A stretch of 64,000 nucleotides of DNA from Cycas panzhihuaensis (Eukaryota; Plantae; Cycadophyta): positions 90,155,741 through 90,219,740 of the forward strand of contig CM041465.1 of the NCBI GenBank assembly GCA_023213395.1, written 5' to 3'. Positions 1 through 14,479 of this stretch are shown here, piece after piece (within the stretch, counting starts at the first letter, position 1; each line of letters starts with the position of its first letter). The position numbers were made by a program, and so were the translations under genes. The notes beneath the pieces are model-generated. The model was not told the DNA's origin. It searched no databases and saw only the letters and a list, made by a program, of their open reading frames with translations.

Positions 1-1290
1 ATTGGATGGCATATATTGTGTTTGCACCCTGCACAATGCCATGTTGATCAAGGTATTATCTTTTCATATGGCAACTCCATCATGTGGGATTAACTCAATA
101 CCATGATTAGAATAAAACTTAGAATATGATTATCATTGGCTTTTCCAATATTACTCCTTAATAATTTTCACACATCTTTTCAGTTGTCACTTTATATTAT
201 TTTACTTTTGACTTATCTTTAGGAGAGTATACCTAAGAATCTTAAGCATAAAGAAGATTCACTCTAGATGTATACCACACCTTCTCAAGACAACCACCTT
301 TCACTATTATTGTTTCAACATTTTTTATTGGTACCACATCAACATTATTGAGTATGATGTTTATTTCGCTAAGATTTTGGTTTAACACATTAAATCTCTA
401 CTTGCTAGGAGAGATATATTGTTGTGTGCCTGAATTAACTGATACTCATACATAATAAGTAGTTATCTTCTCCTTTCCATTGGCCTACCTTAAGTTTTTT
501 TTCCTCACCTAGTAGTCCTTTTCCCTGTGGCCCATATTTTTACAATAGGTATAAGAACCATTATAATTCTTCTTCTTGTCTTTATTAGAAACCTCTTCAT
601 GTGAATATTTATCCCTATCTTCATCCTCATTCTTCTAATTTTTTTAAGATAGGGCATGACTAGTATCAGTAGAACCCGTAAACTTATGATGTTTAAGCTT
701 AGCTTCCTCTACAAGAAGTAGCTCCTTCAATTTTTGAAACTAGGTATCTTGCAACATCTTGTCAATGTTATATACAGTCTAAAAGGTGTTATAAGCTACT
801 GGAAACTTGTTCATGACAATTATAAATAGGATTTTATCATTAATCAAGTCTTCTTCTATTCCCTCTAACTTATTCTTAATATCAATCAACTTATTCAAAT
901 AGGTACTAATGTTGCTCTCATCCTCAATATAAGAGTTGAATAGTTCACCTAGTAAGATGACCAAACGATTTGTTTTCTTCTATTTAAATGTGTCACATAG
1001 GGTCTTTCAAATGTCAAGTAGCATATTCAACTTGTGAATGAGTACTACTTGATTTAGGGCAAGTAGGAGCTTCAGTAGACCTGTTGCATGAAGTTACTTT
1101 CTTCATGTGAGTTTATTTAGTTTAACGTTAGTTTCCCCTCTTTTTCTTAGGTGGACCCTTGTCGGTTAGGTCTCAAAGCTCTTAGACCATCAATACAAGC
1201 TCTATGTTGGACTTCCACTCCTTAAAATTAGTGCTATCAAAGATCACTTGTGGCAAGAAGGTTATTTTGGCGCCCATGTCTACAAATACT
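1..1290 (-). mobile_element. Degenerate, internally deleted Ty1/copia remnant (gag, zinc knuckle, protease, integrase pieces)
   Basis: ORF 779-964 resembles copia gag (UBN2-type). Decayed CCHC knuckle YCKNMGH near 530-560, protease-like VNSGTQQY near 415-450, integrase-like HGI..DGVA near 60-110. Many stops. Confidence 0.75.
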
Positions 1291-2807
1291 CTGAGTTCAC
1301 TCCCACTTGATTATAAAACAAGATTATAAGTCTTACTTTCCATTGTTTAACACTTTACAAAGCCTAAATCACTACTTTGTATATCACTTCACTAATATTT
1401 TGATATATATATGATACATTCTCCATAAATAAAATGCCTTTTAATGTCAATTGAAAAAATAGTATATTAAAAAAACACTTTTTAATACCATAAACTTCTT
1501 GACGAAGGTAGTATATGCTATGCACAAATGTTGCACATTATTGGGATGATCCTAGATGAAATTACTTCAAATAAAAGTATTAAAACACTAATAAACCACT
1601 TTATCAAAGGTTTTCAAGCCAAGTATTAAAAATAAAATATTCACATGGAATATTCTTCTTTAATCATATCACCCAAAATGTCGCCTGGTTATTTTAAAGT
1701 CATGTGCATTAAAAAGTGATCCACAGATAAAATTTATATTGAATATGATATATAAGTATGTATTAATTCAATAATATATCAAATATAATCATGTGATTAA
1801 TCTATGAAAGCAGTAGTTGCACGATCATTGACCTACGTGTAATTAATTTATCATTCAAAATGTATATCAAATGATGACTCTGCATGCATTAAATGTTCAT
1901 ATGTGATCACTGCATTTTATACTATGTAATCATATGTGTGTATGTATGTGTATACACATACGCATCACTTTGAATTACATATAGTTTCTATGTCAATTTT
2001 TTATCTACGTTGAGATGCAACCTTCTTCAAATAATGATTAATAAATAATGATCTTTGATATTAATAATTTAATAAAATATATTAAAATATCTCACACGAT
2101 TCAAAAATGGTGGCATCTTCTATAGTGATTTACTTATCGACCTTCATGTATTGATTAACTGAAATATTGATCACAAAACATTCCAATGTTTATTTCATTG
2201 GATATTTTTTTATTTTGTTATCTATTTTAGCATGAATTACAGAGATGATAACAATTTCTTTATGCATAGTTTGATACGAATCAATCTCCAATGTTTATCA
2301 CTATATGACTTTGGTATTTTATTGGTATATTAATATCTCTCATTTTTTTTTTTTAATATATCATTACAACACTTTCAAATCCTCATAAATTGCTTAGAAT
2401 AAATTCAGACGAGTAGATTCATCTTCAAACTAAACCGGTTCATGTATCAACCAATCTATTTATTGAAAAATCATCCATTCTCTATTGTACAAGTTCAATT
2501 TAAAGCCCAACACAATCGAGTGGTGCCTAATGTCTTCAAAATTTGCCCAACACTACTTTATAATGTCCAATATAAGTTCAATATCATTGTGTAGCTTTAG
2601 TTGATGCCTAACATCACTATATAGCTTCTACTATTGGTGGCACAAGTATATAAGGTGCCTAATACATTTTGACAACTCTGGATGGCCTCTTTTCTTAGTG
2701 TCAACCTAATCTATGGATCTCCAATCTTTGAATTTGATCAGTTAGTGACAAAATTACTCATTTCCAATCTCAAATCTAAGCTCTAACATTGTTCTTCATT
2801 TACTCAG

Positions 2808-3247
2808 GCTTTGATACCATGTTAAGGTTGATGTATATGTTGGTTGTAGGTCAGGAATTAAACCAACCATAGGCAAGGACTATTACATGCTAAGAATACG
2901 CATAAGGAGACTCAAACACCAGATTTATCATGGGAAACTCCTAAGACAGTAAACCCATCAACATAATGTTTAATATATTAAAATTAAATAATAATATAGT
3001 GTTTCAAGGGTGAGATAGAACATGAGTAGATTTGATAACATCGCAATTATACAAGTTGATAGTTGGAGTACTAAGGGGGTATATGTAAATATACCCTAAA
3101 ATAGTATTATAACCTTTCTCATATGGTTATAGCTCTTCATTGTACCTATTTGTATAAGGACACATCCCTTTATCATACCTACTCGTGATAACTATCCCCT
3201 AATAAAGCATTAAGTGTATAGTTAACCTAAGTTAACTATTGTTAACA
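2808..3247 (-). mobile_element. PBS (tRNA-iMet) plus 5' LTR of a minus-strand copia element
   Basis: GCTTTGATACCA at 2808-2819 is the reverse complement of the PBS TGGTATCAAAGC. It is followed by TGTTAA (2820) ... TTAACA (3247) inverted termini. May belong to the remnant at 1-1290. Confidence 0.6.
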
Positions 3248-3416
3248 TATATCCTTATAAAATATTATTTAATAATCATATGTAGTATAATATCTAAGCA
3301 TTAATAAATAATAATAAAACGTTATCATAACTTAATAAAAAAAACTAGTACTAAATTTAATAACAACAAGCCTCTTTGAGGTGGGAGCACTCCTTTGATA
3401 GGCATGAGGTCCTAAT

Positions 3417-3729
3417 TGAAAGAGGTTAATGTATCAAGGTCATTTGTGTATATTAATTAAGTGACCTTAGGGTATATTATTAACATTCATCTCTTAGTGA
3501 AATGTACTTTATGTGCATTTGGATGTAATTTTAGGTTCATGTCATTAGGCAAGAATATCACAATCCTAATGCTCACCCTTAATAATAAAAGGCGAAATCT
3601 CAAGGAGGGAATCATTATTCATTCTCACCTCCAAGCTTTGTTCTCATATCTTATTTTCATCTCTTCTTCATTTTTCATTGCTATTGTGTGTATGTGAGTG
3701 ATTTATTCCCTAGATCCATCCATCCTTCA
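3417..3729 (+). repeat. 5' LTR of copia A
   Basis: TGAAAG...CTTCA termini; direct repeat of 10814-11126; followed by the PBS. Confidence 0.93.
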
Positions 3730-5603
3730 TTTGGTATCAGAGCTAGAAGGGTATATATTCACTCCATTCCACTTATATGGAGTCATTTTGTCTCTCCTTC
3801 ATCTTTAATGTGAATTATTAAGAGTGCACTCATTATTTTTAAAATTTTGAGAGATTCTTTATCACATAAAACTTATATTTCATTTACATCATATTTTAAT
3901 ATCCTCTATTTATTTTCAGGTGCATTGAGGATCAAAGTTGTCAACTGAAAGAAGGTTTCTTGTTTTTAGGCTCTTGAAAAAAATTACCTTTTTATTAATC
4001 TTTATAGCTAATTTTAAATTTTACTACGATAGATTATATTAATTATTTATCATAAATCAATTGTCAATTATAAAATCTCTATTATAAAGTTGTAGGGCAA
4101 ATTTGAAGCTACTTGTAGGTGGTAGAAATAAACCTAAATCCTTCAGAAAAAGGTTGTTCAACCTTACAAGAGGTGAAAATTAAAATTTATTCGTTTTTGG
4201 TAATAATTTAAAGGGAGGGATGCCCAAGAAAGATAAATATTTTTGTCTTTTACACCATCTCCAAACTCTACCTCAATTGGCCTCAAAAAGTAGAATTTTA
4301 GACAACCTTAATCTGACTACTTTTTAAGAAATTTTCTCAAAATTTTTAATACATATCAAAATTTCTTAAAGGCTATAGTAGATCTAGCCTCAAGAAATCC
4401 AACAAATTAAGTTTTCTTAGATTTGATGCACCATAGAGAGAGATTTCTTCAAAATTTAGATTTCTGCCAAGGAAAGTCTCATAAGAGTTTCAACGAATTT
4501 TAGATTATTTATGCTCATTTTCAGTAGTTTTGCTAGAAGACTTTTTAACTCATCACAGTGAGATCTATAAGTTTTGCTAGAAGACTTTTTAACTCACCAC
4601 AGCAAGATCTATTATCTGGGAGAGTGAAGTTTTGAGCTGAAACATTTTGGTCATTTCGTATAATTGCATGGCCATACATAAGTTTTTGACAAAATATTAG
4701 GTTCCTCTTGCTTTTCCTAATACTTTCTCTTTTGGTCAAAATTTAAGTATAGAAGTAAACTTTTAAGTTTTTTGATTTTTCCCTTTTCTTAACAAAAAAG
4801 AAGGGCTTTTCAAATATCAAAAGCAAAAAAACTCATTGTAATAGTAAAACACCTATATCATAGTAAAATCTAGTGTTTATATTTAGCATCTTTGCATGTT
4901 TGTTCATGTGCATGCACATTTATAGACAAAAGTACGAAAGCAAATATCAACATATTAGTAATTCATTTGAGCAACATAAAAGCAAACATCTTTGCATATT
5001 CTCTAAAATAAACCCATTATGTTTGATTTATACTGCCAGTTCTTGACTTGTATGCACACTCACCTTGGTTGAAATAAACCACAGTTAGTCAAAGTTTGGG
5101 CCCTAAGGAAGATGTGAGTTTCATACTGAGTCAGGTCTTAACTGGAATACTAGTAGAGCGATAGGTTAGCCATACCTGTAGGCTCTCTTTAGGGATTATC
5201 TTAATAACCAGCCAGGACAACTAAAACATTAATGCAAGATTAAAATCAACCTGATCTAATATCTGTCATAGCCATGGGATATACATGTACCATTTAACTC
5301 TTCCGAGGAGGTATATAGATGTTCACTAGTGAACTATGTGAGGATTGGGAGTACCTGGGCTCCACTGTGACTTAGATTTCATCACCAAGAGTAGATGCGA
5401 GTATCGTGGGTAAAGGCCCTAATCATATACTAGAAGCCTTAAGTATCAAAACCTCACTTACATTTGAATATAAGTTAGAAGTTAGTGGTGTGACACATCA
5501 CCACTCTTTACCAACTCTATATTAGGCCTCATTCTTACATCATTGTTTATACTTATTCTCCATAGTTGTTGAAAAATACTTAATCATTGTTAACCTTCTC
5601 ATC

Positions 5604-8600
5604 ATGGCATTCATTTCTACATCACTATTACGCTAAGTGTACCTACCACACCTATCAGTGGCACATAATTCTATCATCTCTTCTACTTCTCCATCATCAC
5701 CATATCATCTCAATTCAAGCAAAACATTAACTACATGTTGAAAAGCAAAGAAAATTAGGATTTGTGGTATATTAAAGTTAAAAATATTGCAAAGTATAAA
5801 GGCCTTTGGAGAGCCCACTTGCTGCCTACACCCATTATACCTACAACAACTACAACACCTACTTCCAGTGGAACCGCTCCAATAGCTCCTATAGATGCTG
5901 CAGGCAAACTACAATGGGAGATGGATAATGAAAATATTCATGCAGGAATTATATTAGTTACTGATCACTCCTTGTATAACTTGATTGATGAAGAGCAATA
6001 TGATACAGCCTAGAAGGTCATTGAAGCTCTCAAGAAGAACTTTAATACCAATTCATACTTAGAATTAGTTCATCTTATTCTGAAAATGAACAAATTAAAA
6101 ATGCATAAGGAATGAGCTCATAAGATAATAAGTCTCCTTCGACTAATAAAACAAGAAATTGATAAAGATTTTAAGGCCTAATCTATCACTTGGACATTCT
6201 TGATCTAATAATGTCTACATGTTCCTTATTATAAAAACTTGCTTGGAGATATTTAATCTAGTGGAACATTAAAGACACTCAACTTCAAAGCACTTACCTT
6301 TGATACCAACTTTGTAGCCTCTAACTCTCTTTCAGATGTAGCCTTTAAGGTAAAAGAAAAAACTTACTACATAAAGAATTAAGGTCCCTCTCGTAGCAGA
6401 GGAAATAGCCAAGTAAGAGGAAGAGGAAGAAACATGGGAAATCATCCACAAGGTTAACCAAACCATTGGTCATAGCCTTCACAATCTCAAGGCCAAGGGC
6501 CACCTTAACAAAAACAAGATATTTAGGCCAAACTAGTACTCCTTTAGGGACTAGCAATTAAACTATTATATGTAATCAGTGTAACTATAAAGGACACTTT
6601 GAAAAATACTATAGAAATGTGACTTATAAGTTGGCTAAGTTTCAAGTAAAACATGGAGCTCAAAATGTTAAAGAAACTTGTGAAGAATCATTTAGTAGTG
6701 TAGGTCAGGTTTTATACAAGCACACTTTCAAAGAATTGAGGGATCTTTAATATCAAATGCTATTAACCAACTACATAGATACTTTAAAGCTCGATGTCGA
6801 TATATCACTTGTGAATTCCCTTCACCAATGCCAAATCCTATTGGAATTGTAAATAGTGTTGCTTCAATCGATGGATAATGGATCATGGACACAGGAGCAA
6901 CTCAACATATGGCATAAAATCATAGTCTATATTAAACATTTGACTCAACTATTCAAGGAGTTATTTACATAGCTGACAAATCATAACAATCTATTGAAAG
7001 AATTAGTAACATTTGCCTGAAACTCCTAGACTTAAGAGATTTTACATTACTTGATGCCCTATATATACCTAATCTCAAACAAAACCTACACTCCTTATCC
7101 ACACTTGTCTCTCATGGATTTAATATAAGTGTAATTGCAAATAACTAGACTCACTATGTCATTCACCTTCTAACTAATCGAGTGGTCTTAACTAGACATC
7201 TCACTGGAAAACACTTTTGACTAAATGACTCTCCATCTTCTAAAGCCCATTATGCTCAAAGCACTTATGCTGATGAAGAATTTACATTTAATACCATCCT
7301 CACCCACCTAACATTGTCACTAAAAGCTCTTTGGCATGCTCACATAGGCCATGTTCATATCAATAAACTTAGATATCTTTGTAACACTCTTATAAGTCTT
7401 CTAAAGTTCTCCTCCAAGTTTTACTCTCATATCTTATTTTCATCTCTTCTTCATTCTCCATTGCCATTATGTGCATATGAGTGATTTATTCTCTAGATCC
7501 ATCCTTCCTTAATATGGAGCTTCAAACCCTACAAATGTAAAGCTTGTATCATTGCCAAATCTCATTGATAACCCTTTCTCAAAAGTCAGTGAAAATCAAG
7601 CCATCCATTACAATTGGTACACTCTGATCTATGCAGACTAATGATCATTCCTTCACTTAAGGGCAAGTTATATTACATCTCTTTTATTGATGATTTCACT
7701 AGGAAAGTATGCGTAGTTTTTCTACATAAAAAAGATGAAGCCTTCGATGTATTCAAAGAATTTAAAGCCCATACTAAAAAAGAGTTAAGTTATTAACTTA
7801 ACTATCTTTGAACTAATAATGGTGGTAAATATATCTCACATGAGTTTCAAAGTTACCTTTAAAATAATGGCATCAAACATCAAACAAAAATAGCAAGTAC
7901 CCCACAACAAAATAGAGTTATCGAGCACATGAATAGGACAATCATAAACATGGCTCAAGTTATGTTGGTATACAAAAATATACCTACCTACCTATGGGTC
8001 AAAGCCATTTGGACATCTATTTATTACATCAATATTATTAGCCCATCAAAGGAAGGACAATCATCTAATGAAAAATAATTAGGACAAGCCCCCATTATTC
8101 ACTTCTTCAAAATTTTTAGCTCTAAATACTATGCCTATATTCTAGATGCAAATTGAAAAAAACTCTAGACAAGAGCACTTAAAGGCATCTTTGTTAGATA
8201 CCCTATAGACAAGAAAAGGTATAAGGTCTCTATACCTTCATAACAAAAAATTATCATTACTAGATATATCATTTTTATAGAGATAGAGGATCAATTGCTT
8301 AAATTAGACTCTAAAACACACTCATACCACTATAATGACATTATCAATTATGAAGTTTAGATTCTAAAATTTGGAGGGGGACACATATAAATTACTCTAA
8401 ATATTAGACGGTGACAATACAGCCTTAGAAGATATAAGTTTTGACTCTGAACTAATGAGTACACATCCAACACCATCCTTTGAAGATAGCAAAGTTGACA
8501 AAAGTAAAGTTATTATAGAAGAATCATCCTCTCCACCTTCAGTTAACAAAGGCAAAATAGTGGTAAAATAACCATCTTTCCCTAGCACATCAACATCCTC

Positions 8601-10368
8601 CTCATAAAATGATCATTTTAATAAATAATATAAGAACCAAAAAGTTAGGGAATGAGGACCTCATTCCTAACTTGAGCATCTAGTGAAGTCCGCAAGATTA
8701 ACAAGGACATACAACCAGATGAGGTGGGTAAAATTGGCACTCGAAGTGCCTATAGAGCAAGGATGTAGGAATTATTATATACTAAGCTTGAACTAGTAGA
8801 ATTGTACCTTACTCTTAATGAAGAGCCCCTCTCGTATCAAGAAGTTATGAAACATACAGTTTAGAGAAATGCAATGAATGACGAATACTAATTTCTTATA
8901 AAAAATAGTACATGGGAGCTCATTGATCTACCACTTGGCAGAAATGTAGTTTAAAATAAATAGGTATTTAAAAATAAATACAGATCAAATGGCACCCTAG
9001 AAAAATGTAAGGCGAGGTTGGTAACTAAAGGATTCACATAAAAGGAAGGCATCGACTACATTGATGTCTTTACACCTATAACTAAGTGGCCTACAATTAG
9101 AACTCTTATGGCTTTAGTTGCTTAACAGGGTTGAAAAATCCACCGGCTCAATATTAAGATCACGTTTCTTAATGGGGATCTCGAAGAAGAAATTTACATG
9201 GCTCAACTAGAAGGATATAAGATCAAATGTCAAGAACATAAGGTTTGCATGCTTAGAAAGTCCTTATATGACCTTAATAAAGCCCCACGTGCTTGGTTTG
9301 CCAAGTTATCTAAAAGAATTAGGCAACTTAGATATGAGGTTTGTGACTACCAAGATATTGATGTAACACTATTCATCAAGCGCCAAAAGGACAAAGTCAC
9401 TTATCTCATAATCTTTGTGGATGACATGCTAGTAACATGTAACAATAAATAGGTAATAAGCCAATTGAAAAGGGACCTCAGTAATACATTTGGATTATCT
9501 GACCTCGGTTTGACAAAATATTATTTGGGAATTGAAGTAACACAAAAGAATGGAAATATTTTCCTCTCACAAGAAAAATACATCAACGATCTTCTAACCA
9601 AGTTTAAGTTAGAAGATGCTCGACCAATGGCTTTACGTATGGACCCTAATACCAAACTCTTAGTTGATGGTAACACTAGGGAGGCAAACACAACACTCTA
9701 TAGGAAATTTATAGGTAGTCTCATCTACACTAGCAATACAAGGCTAGATATTGCATACTATGTCGGCATTCTTATATGATTCATGACAGATCCTAAGCAG
9801 AATCACTAGAAAGTTATAGTTCAAGTGCTAAAATACTTAAAGACAACTAACAAATTTGGTTTCTTGTATAAACCTAATAATAAACTTAAGATTTCTACAT
9901 ACACAGACTCAAACTTTGCAGGAGATAAAGATACAGAAAGATCTACGTCTATGTATGTAATATTTCTTGGAACAACACCAATATTATGGAGATCCAAATG
10001 GTATAAGATAGTTGTTGATTTAACTATTGAAGTTAAATACATTGTTGTTTTTAAGACTAGCAAGGAGGTGATATGGCTTGGAAAATTATTGGAAACATTG
10101 AATATCACCCAAACAAATCCTACCAGCCTTCGAGTGAATAATCAATTAATAATCCATATGGTAAAAGATTTTATATTTCATAATTATACTAAATACATAA
10201 GTACGAAAGTCCATAGGATTAGAAAACTAGTTCATGATAGCATAATTTAATTAGAATACTAGCCTACAATAGATCAAATGGCCGATATTTTTATCAAACT
10301 ACTATAAAGGGTGAAGTTTAGATAGTTCTAAAGGCAACTCGACCTTAAGGCCTCCATCTTCAACTGAT
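5604..10368 (+). pseudogene. gag-pol of copia A (many stops and frameshifts)
   Basis: Protease WIMDTGATQHM near 6880; integrase VHSDLC..FIDDFTR (7614-7796); RT SLYDLNKAPRAW and FVDDML (9198-9452); RNase H YTDSNFAGD (9825-10250). Confidence 0.9.
7407..7520 (+). repeat. Internal copy of the 3' part (R-U5) of copia A's own LTR inside pol
   Basis: cctccaag...ctcatatcttattttcatctcttcttcatt...gtgatttattctctagatccatccttcctt matches 3622-3729. Absent at the homologous position of the family copy near 53330. Confidence 0.88.
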
Positions 10369-10813
10369 CAAAGAAGATGGTAATAGGATTATCATACTCT
10401 ATTATATTTATGAAAACCTCTTATGGGCACAGAAGAATAAGAGTAAGTCTTTGCTCTATCCTACTTATAAAAATCTCATGTAGGCATAGAAGGATAATAG
10501 TTATACTAGTTTTAGAAAATCAGAACTTATGAAAATGTAAAAGCGCATAGGGGATGACCAAATGATATATGGAGACTGAGGAGATCAAGTTACACATTTA
10601 AGCTACTTGGCTATTAGGCTACATCAAGAGCCACCTTAACTATTTTGATTTATAAAAGGGGCTATAGATCTTAGAAAGTTTGTGGGTTTTTATTCTCCAT
10701 AAGGGTTTTTCCACAAAAGCATTATTTAGAATTTTAACACAATAATGAGGCTTAAATTAAGATCTTATAGTATAGATTTTCTCAAAATGACCTTCTACCA
10801 TTAAGGGGGAGAT

Positions 10814-11126
10814 TAAAAGAGGTTAATGTATCAAGGTCATTTATGTAGATCAATTAAGTGACCTTAAGGTATATTGTTAGCATTAGTCTCTTAGTAAAAT
10901 ATACTTTATGTATATTTGGATGTAATTTTAGGTTCATGTCATTAGATGAGAAAATCCTAACCCTAATGCTCACCCTGAATAATAAAAGGCAAAATCCCAA
11001 AGAGGGAGTTATTATTCATTCTCATCTCTAAGCTTTGTTATCATATCTTGTTTTCATCTCTTCTTCATTTTCCATTGTCATTGTGTTCATATGAGTGATT
11101 TATTCCCTAGATCCATCCTTCCTTTA
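10814..11126 (+). repeat. 3' LTR of copia A
   Basis: Direct repeat of 3417-3729; termini decayed from TG..CA to TA..TA; preceded by the PPT. Confidence 0.93.
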
Positions 11127-11131
11127 CTAAT

Positions 11132-11360
11132 AGCATAAGGCCATTACCCAAATAAATAATAAATTCTCTAAGATTATCTTACCATTAAGGAAGGCTCTTC
11201 TATTTATAGCTTTTAAAAACCCAATTTATATTTTCTCTCTAAAAAACTAACTTCATATTAAAATAAAATAAATAATTCTTCTTTTAATTTTCATAAAAAC
11301 TCACTTTATAATAATAATCTCTTATAAAACCAACTTCTTTTTTAATTTGGGAATGCTACA
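11132..11360 (-). repeat. Right half of an older LTR-like repeat split by copia A (left half about 3281-3416)
   Basis: Joining the flanks gives ggcatgaggtcctaat-agcataaggccattaccc, similar to ggcacaaggccgtaatgccataaggccattatccc at 19111-19145. Both copies end in CTACA. Confidence 0.65.
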
Positions 11361-12320
11361 ATTGAAAGAAAGTTTAATATTGATTACTGGCATATATGTT
11401 AATGACCTTACATACACTAGGAATTATGACTTCTTATCCTAACATATTCAGGCAAATATGTGCATGGAATTTGAAATAATAGATTTAAGACTTATGCATT
11501 ATTTCTTAGGCATTAAGGTATGGTAAGATGAAAAGGGGATATTTATATCATAAAGGAAATATACATTGGATATGTTACATAAATTTAATATGAATAGTTG
11601 TTAGCCACTTACAATATTAACAAAAGTTGGGTTAAAATTGTCTAAGTTTAAGGAGTTTGAATTAGTTAACCCTACTCTTTATAAGTTCTTAATTGAGAGT
11701 CTTATTTACTTGACTTCAACTCACCTAGATATTATATATGCAATTAATGTGGTTTCTAAGTTTATGCATGAGCTTAAAATAAAACATTAGCAAGCAACTA
11801 AAAGAATTCTCAGGTATCTCAAAGGTAATATTAGGTATAGACTTTATTACAGGTCATTAAGTAGTTTGTATAGATGATAGGAAATCCACTTTAGGATATG
11901 TATTTAATTTAGGTTCGGTAGTAGTAGCATGCAATTCAAAGAAATAGACAATAATATCTCCCTCTATTATAGAAGCAATATGTAAGGTAGTTATAGCAAG
12001 AATTTGTGAGATAGTTTGGCTTAAGAGATTACTTCAGGATTTGTAGGGGGGAGAGATTAATCCTACACAGTTATTTTGTGATAACTAAAGTACAATTTAG
12101 ATGACTAGGAATCTAATGTTTCATAGTAGGATTAAACACATAGAAACACAATATCACTTCATCAAAGAGTTAGTGTACTAAGGTGAGTTAGAATTAGTCT
12201 ACTATAACACAAAGGATCAAGTAACAAATATCTTCATAAAGGTACTTAATAAAATAAAATTCAACAAATTCAAAGATAAGTTTAAAGTCTCCCCATATGA
12301 GCATTACGGAAGAGAAATAT
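11361..12320 (+). mobile_element. Decayed copia RT-RNase H fragment (different family)
   Basis: YVNDL near 11395, LMHYFLGI near 11490, SRIKHIETQYHFIKE near 12125; purine-rich stretch near 12308-12325. Confidence 0.8.
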
Positions 12321-13727
12321 GGGGATAATGCCTATATTAGAGCAAGTCTTAAATCTTTACATGTTGAATTAATATAATGTTTATCAATACTGAGCAGTGA
12401 TGGACTTTGAGACATGTGCCTAAGTCCCATCTATATTACTATAGGATCTAAAGACCCTAGCATTCATTAATACTAACACTCTATCGGTTATTTATTTTAT
12501 CTTCTTGCTTTATCATTCATATTACATGTCCCAGGATACCTATAATAGGAATATTCTCTTTGTAATAAAATATTCTAAATTTGTTTATTTTAAATTACAA
12601 ACTTTAGAAAGATGAAGTATATTGGTATATAGACCTATAAAGTCTCACAACGTCTTTTCTCTTTCATATATCTTGATTTTTTAATTTGTGATATCTCTAA
12701 ATAAATTGATAACATTATTATCTAGATTTATAAAGCTCTTCTAATACTATATAATGCCTAGATTCCTTAGCACTTAGGATTGCTCCACAAAAATGCTAAT
12801 TGAATATTTTTATAGCCTATAGACTTCTACTCATGCAGTGATGTACATGTTAATAAATTAGCATCTAGCTTCTCTAATGCCACTCCCGTATGATCCCTCA
12901 TAATGTGCTTTAGTCTCTTGTGTATTTAATAATTCCCTTAAACAAACACACCTCCTTTTCAAATGTGCAACAACCCTACTATTTGCCAAATGGTACCTAG
13001 AAACTTTAAGAGATGCCTGATAAGCATTTTCTCTATTTGGAGCTTCTTTCAAGATGTTACTTGGATGAGCACAAGTTCTAAAATTAGATGGCATAGATGA
13101 ACACAAGCTTTGATACTATTTAATATGATTTAGAGGGATTGATAATATAAATCATATAGAATAAATTAAAGAAGGAAATATTGAGTAACTAAAATTGCCA
13201 ACAAATAAATAAAGATTATGAAAAGGTAGTACATACAAGGACAAAATATTATAATACTATCCTCTTCAAGGTAAGGAGGCCTCTTAAGTTGGTACCTGCA
13301 AGTACCAGAAAAGAAAATAGTTCATCAAAATATGCATTTTGTTCCTTATGCCAAACCTTTAAATAAATAAGTGTATTGGATGGATTCAAATTCAATTGTC
13401 TTAATTCAAGGAACATAATAAGCAATTACATAGTAATACCTTTGAAGTTTCAAGTTAATATAAATTCTCAATAGAAAGTTTCTATCCCATAAAGTTATGT
13501 AATTATCACTTTTATACCTCTTTTCTTTTTCTTCTCTTCCTTCAACTCTTTGAAGTTAGCCCAGTCTGACTTGACCCTTCAATACTAGCTCTTGGTCATC
13601 TAAGATATTCCCCTACAAAATCTTATTTTCTTCAATAGCAAAAGTTTGGAATGATATTTCTTTATATTTATTCTTATAATTTTCTCAACCAATATTATAT
13701 TACATGTCTCTTTGAGCTCTAAATATA

Positions 13728-13730
<3 letters not shown>

Positions 13731-13764
<34 letters not shown>

Positions 13765-13766
13765 AC

Positions 13767-13824
<58 letters not shown>
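13731..13824. repeat. Interrupted (GT)n microsatellite
   Basis: Seen directly; explains the TH-repeat ORFs. Confidence 0.97.
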
Positions 13825-13826
<2 letters not shown>

Positions 13827-14479
13827 AGTTCACTTATAAAGCATACTTCACCTTCCTCTAAGTTATTAACTTGCATAACATGAAGGTTTATAAATTTATT
13901 CCATAAGTTAAAATATCTAATAGGATTAAAGCAGAAATCCACCTCATAGAATAAGACTTGGATTTTAGTTGTTGAATCTTATTGTTTAAGTTTGAAACAT
14001 AATAATATACTTATAAAGATATGAAACTAGGGTTGTCCCACTTCACAAGTAGGTTTTAATAATAATTACTCTAATAACTTGAACTTCTAAATATATTAAT
14101 ATAATAGTTTTTTCCAATATTATCACTAAATTAGGAGGGAAAGATAAAGGCTATAAGAGTTCACATAACTCACACTTAGGCGGACCTACCTATAGTAGAA
14201 TTTGAATGGGAAAATACTATTCTATTCACATTGTCTATGAAGGATGATATTGAAATTGTGGACTAGATTTGTGAGTTCAAGATGGTCCTAGCTCAAAAGT
14301 TTTATTAACTCAAGGACCTTTGCATCGTTTAGAAGCTAAAATTGATTCTTGTTTAGCTCCAAGTAGAATGCTTAAGGCATTATTAAGCTCCCTTGTTGGT
14401 TGCTCTCAAGATTCCTTAGTTTTTTCTTTGGGTCATCAATATTAGAAAATTAACACATAGAATATTATTATTACCCAAG

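Larger units (their letters stand above)
3417..11126 (+). mobile_element. Complete but decayed Ty1/copia LTR retrotransposon (copia A)
   Basis: LTRs at 3417-3729 and 10814-11126. Perfect 5-bp TSD CTAAT (3412-3416 and 11127-11131). PBS TGGTATCAGAGC at 3732-3743, PPT AAGGGGGAGA at 10803-10812. Domain order gag-PR-INT-RT-RH. Confidence 0.95.

Noticed and set aside
13107-13118. Decayed PBS-like GCTTTGATACTA
   Set aside because: No assignable LTR pair or coding domains nearby.
13600-13942. ORFs with THTHTH/HTHT runs
   Set aside because: Translation of a (GT)n microsatellite.
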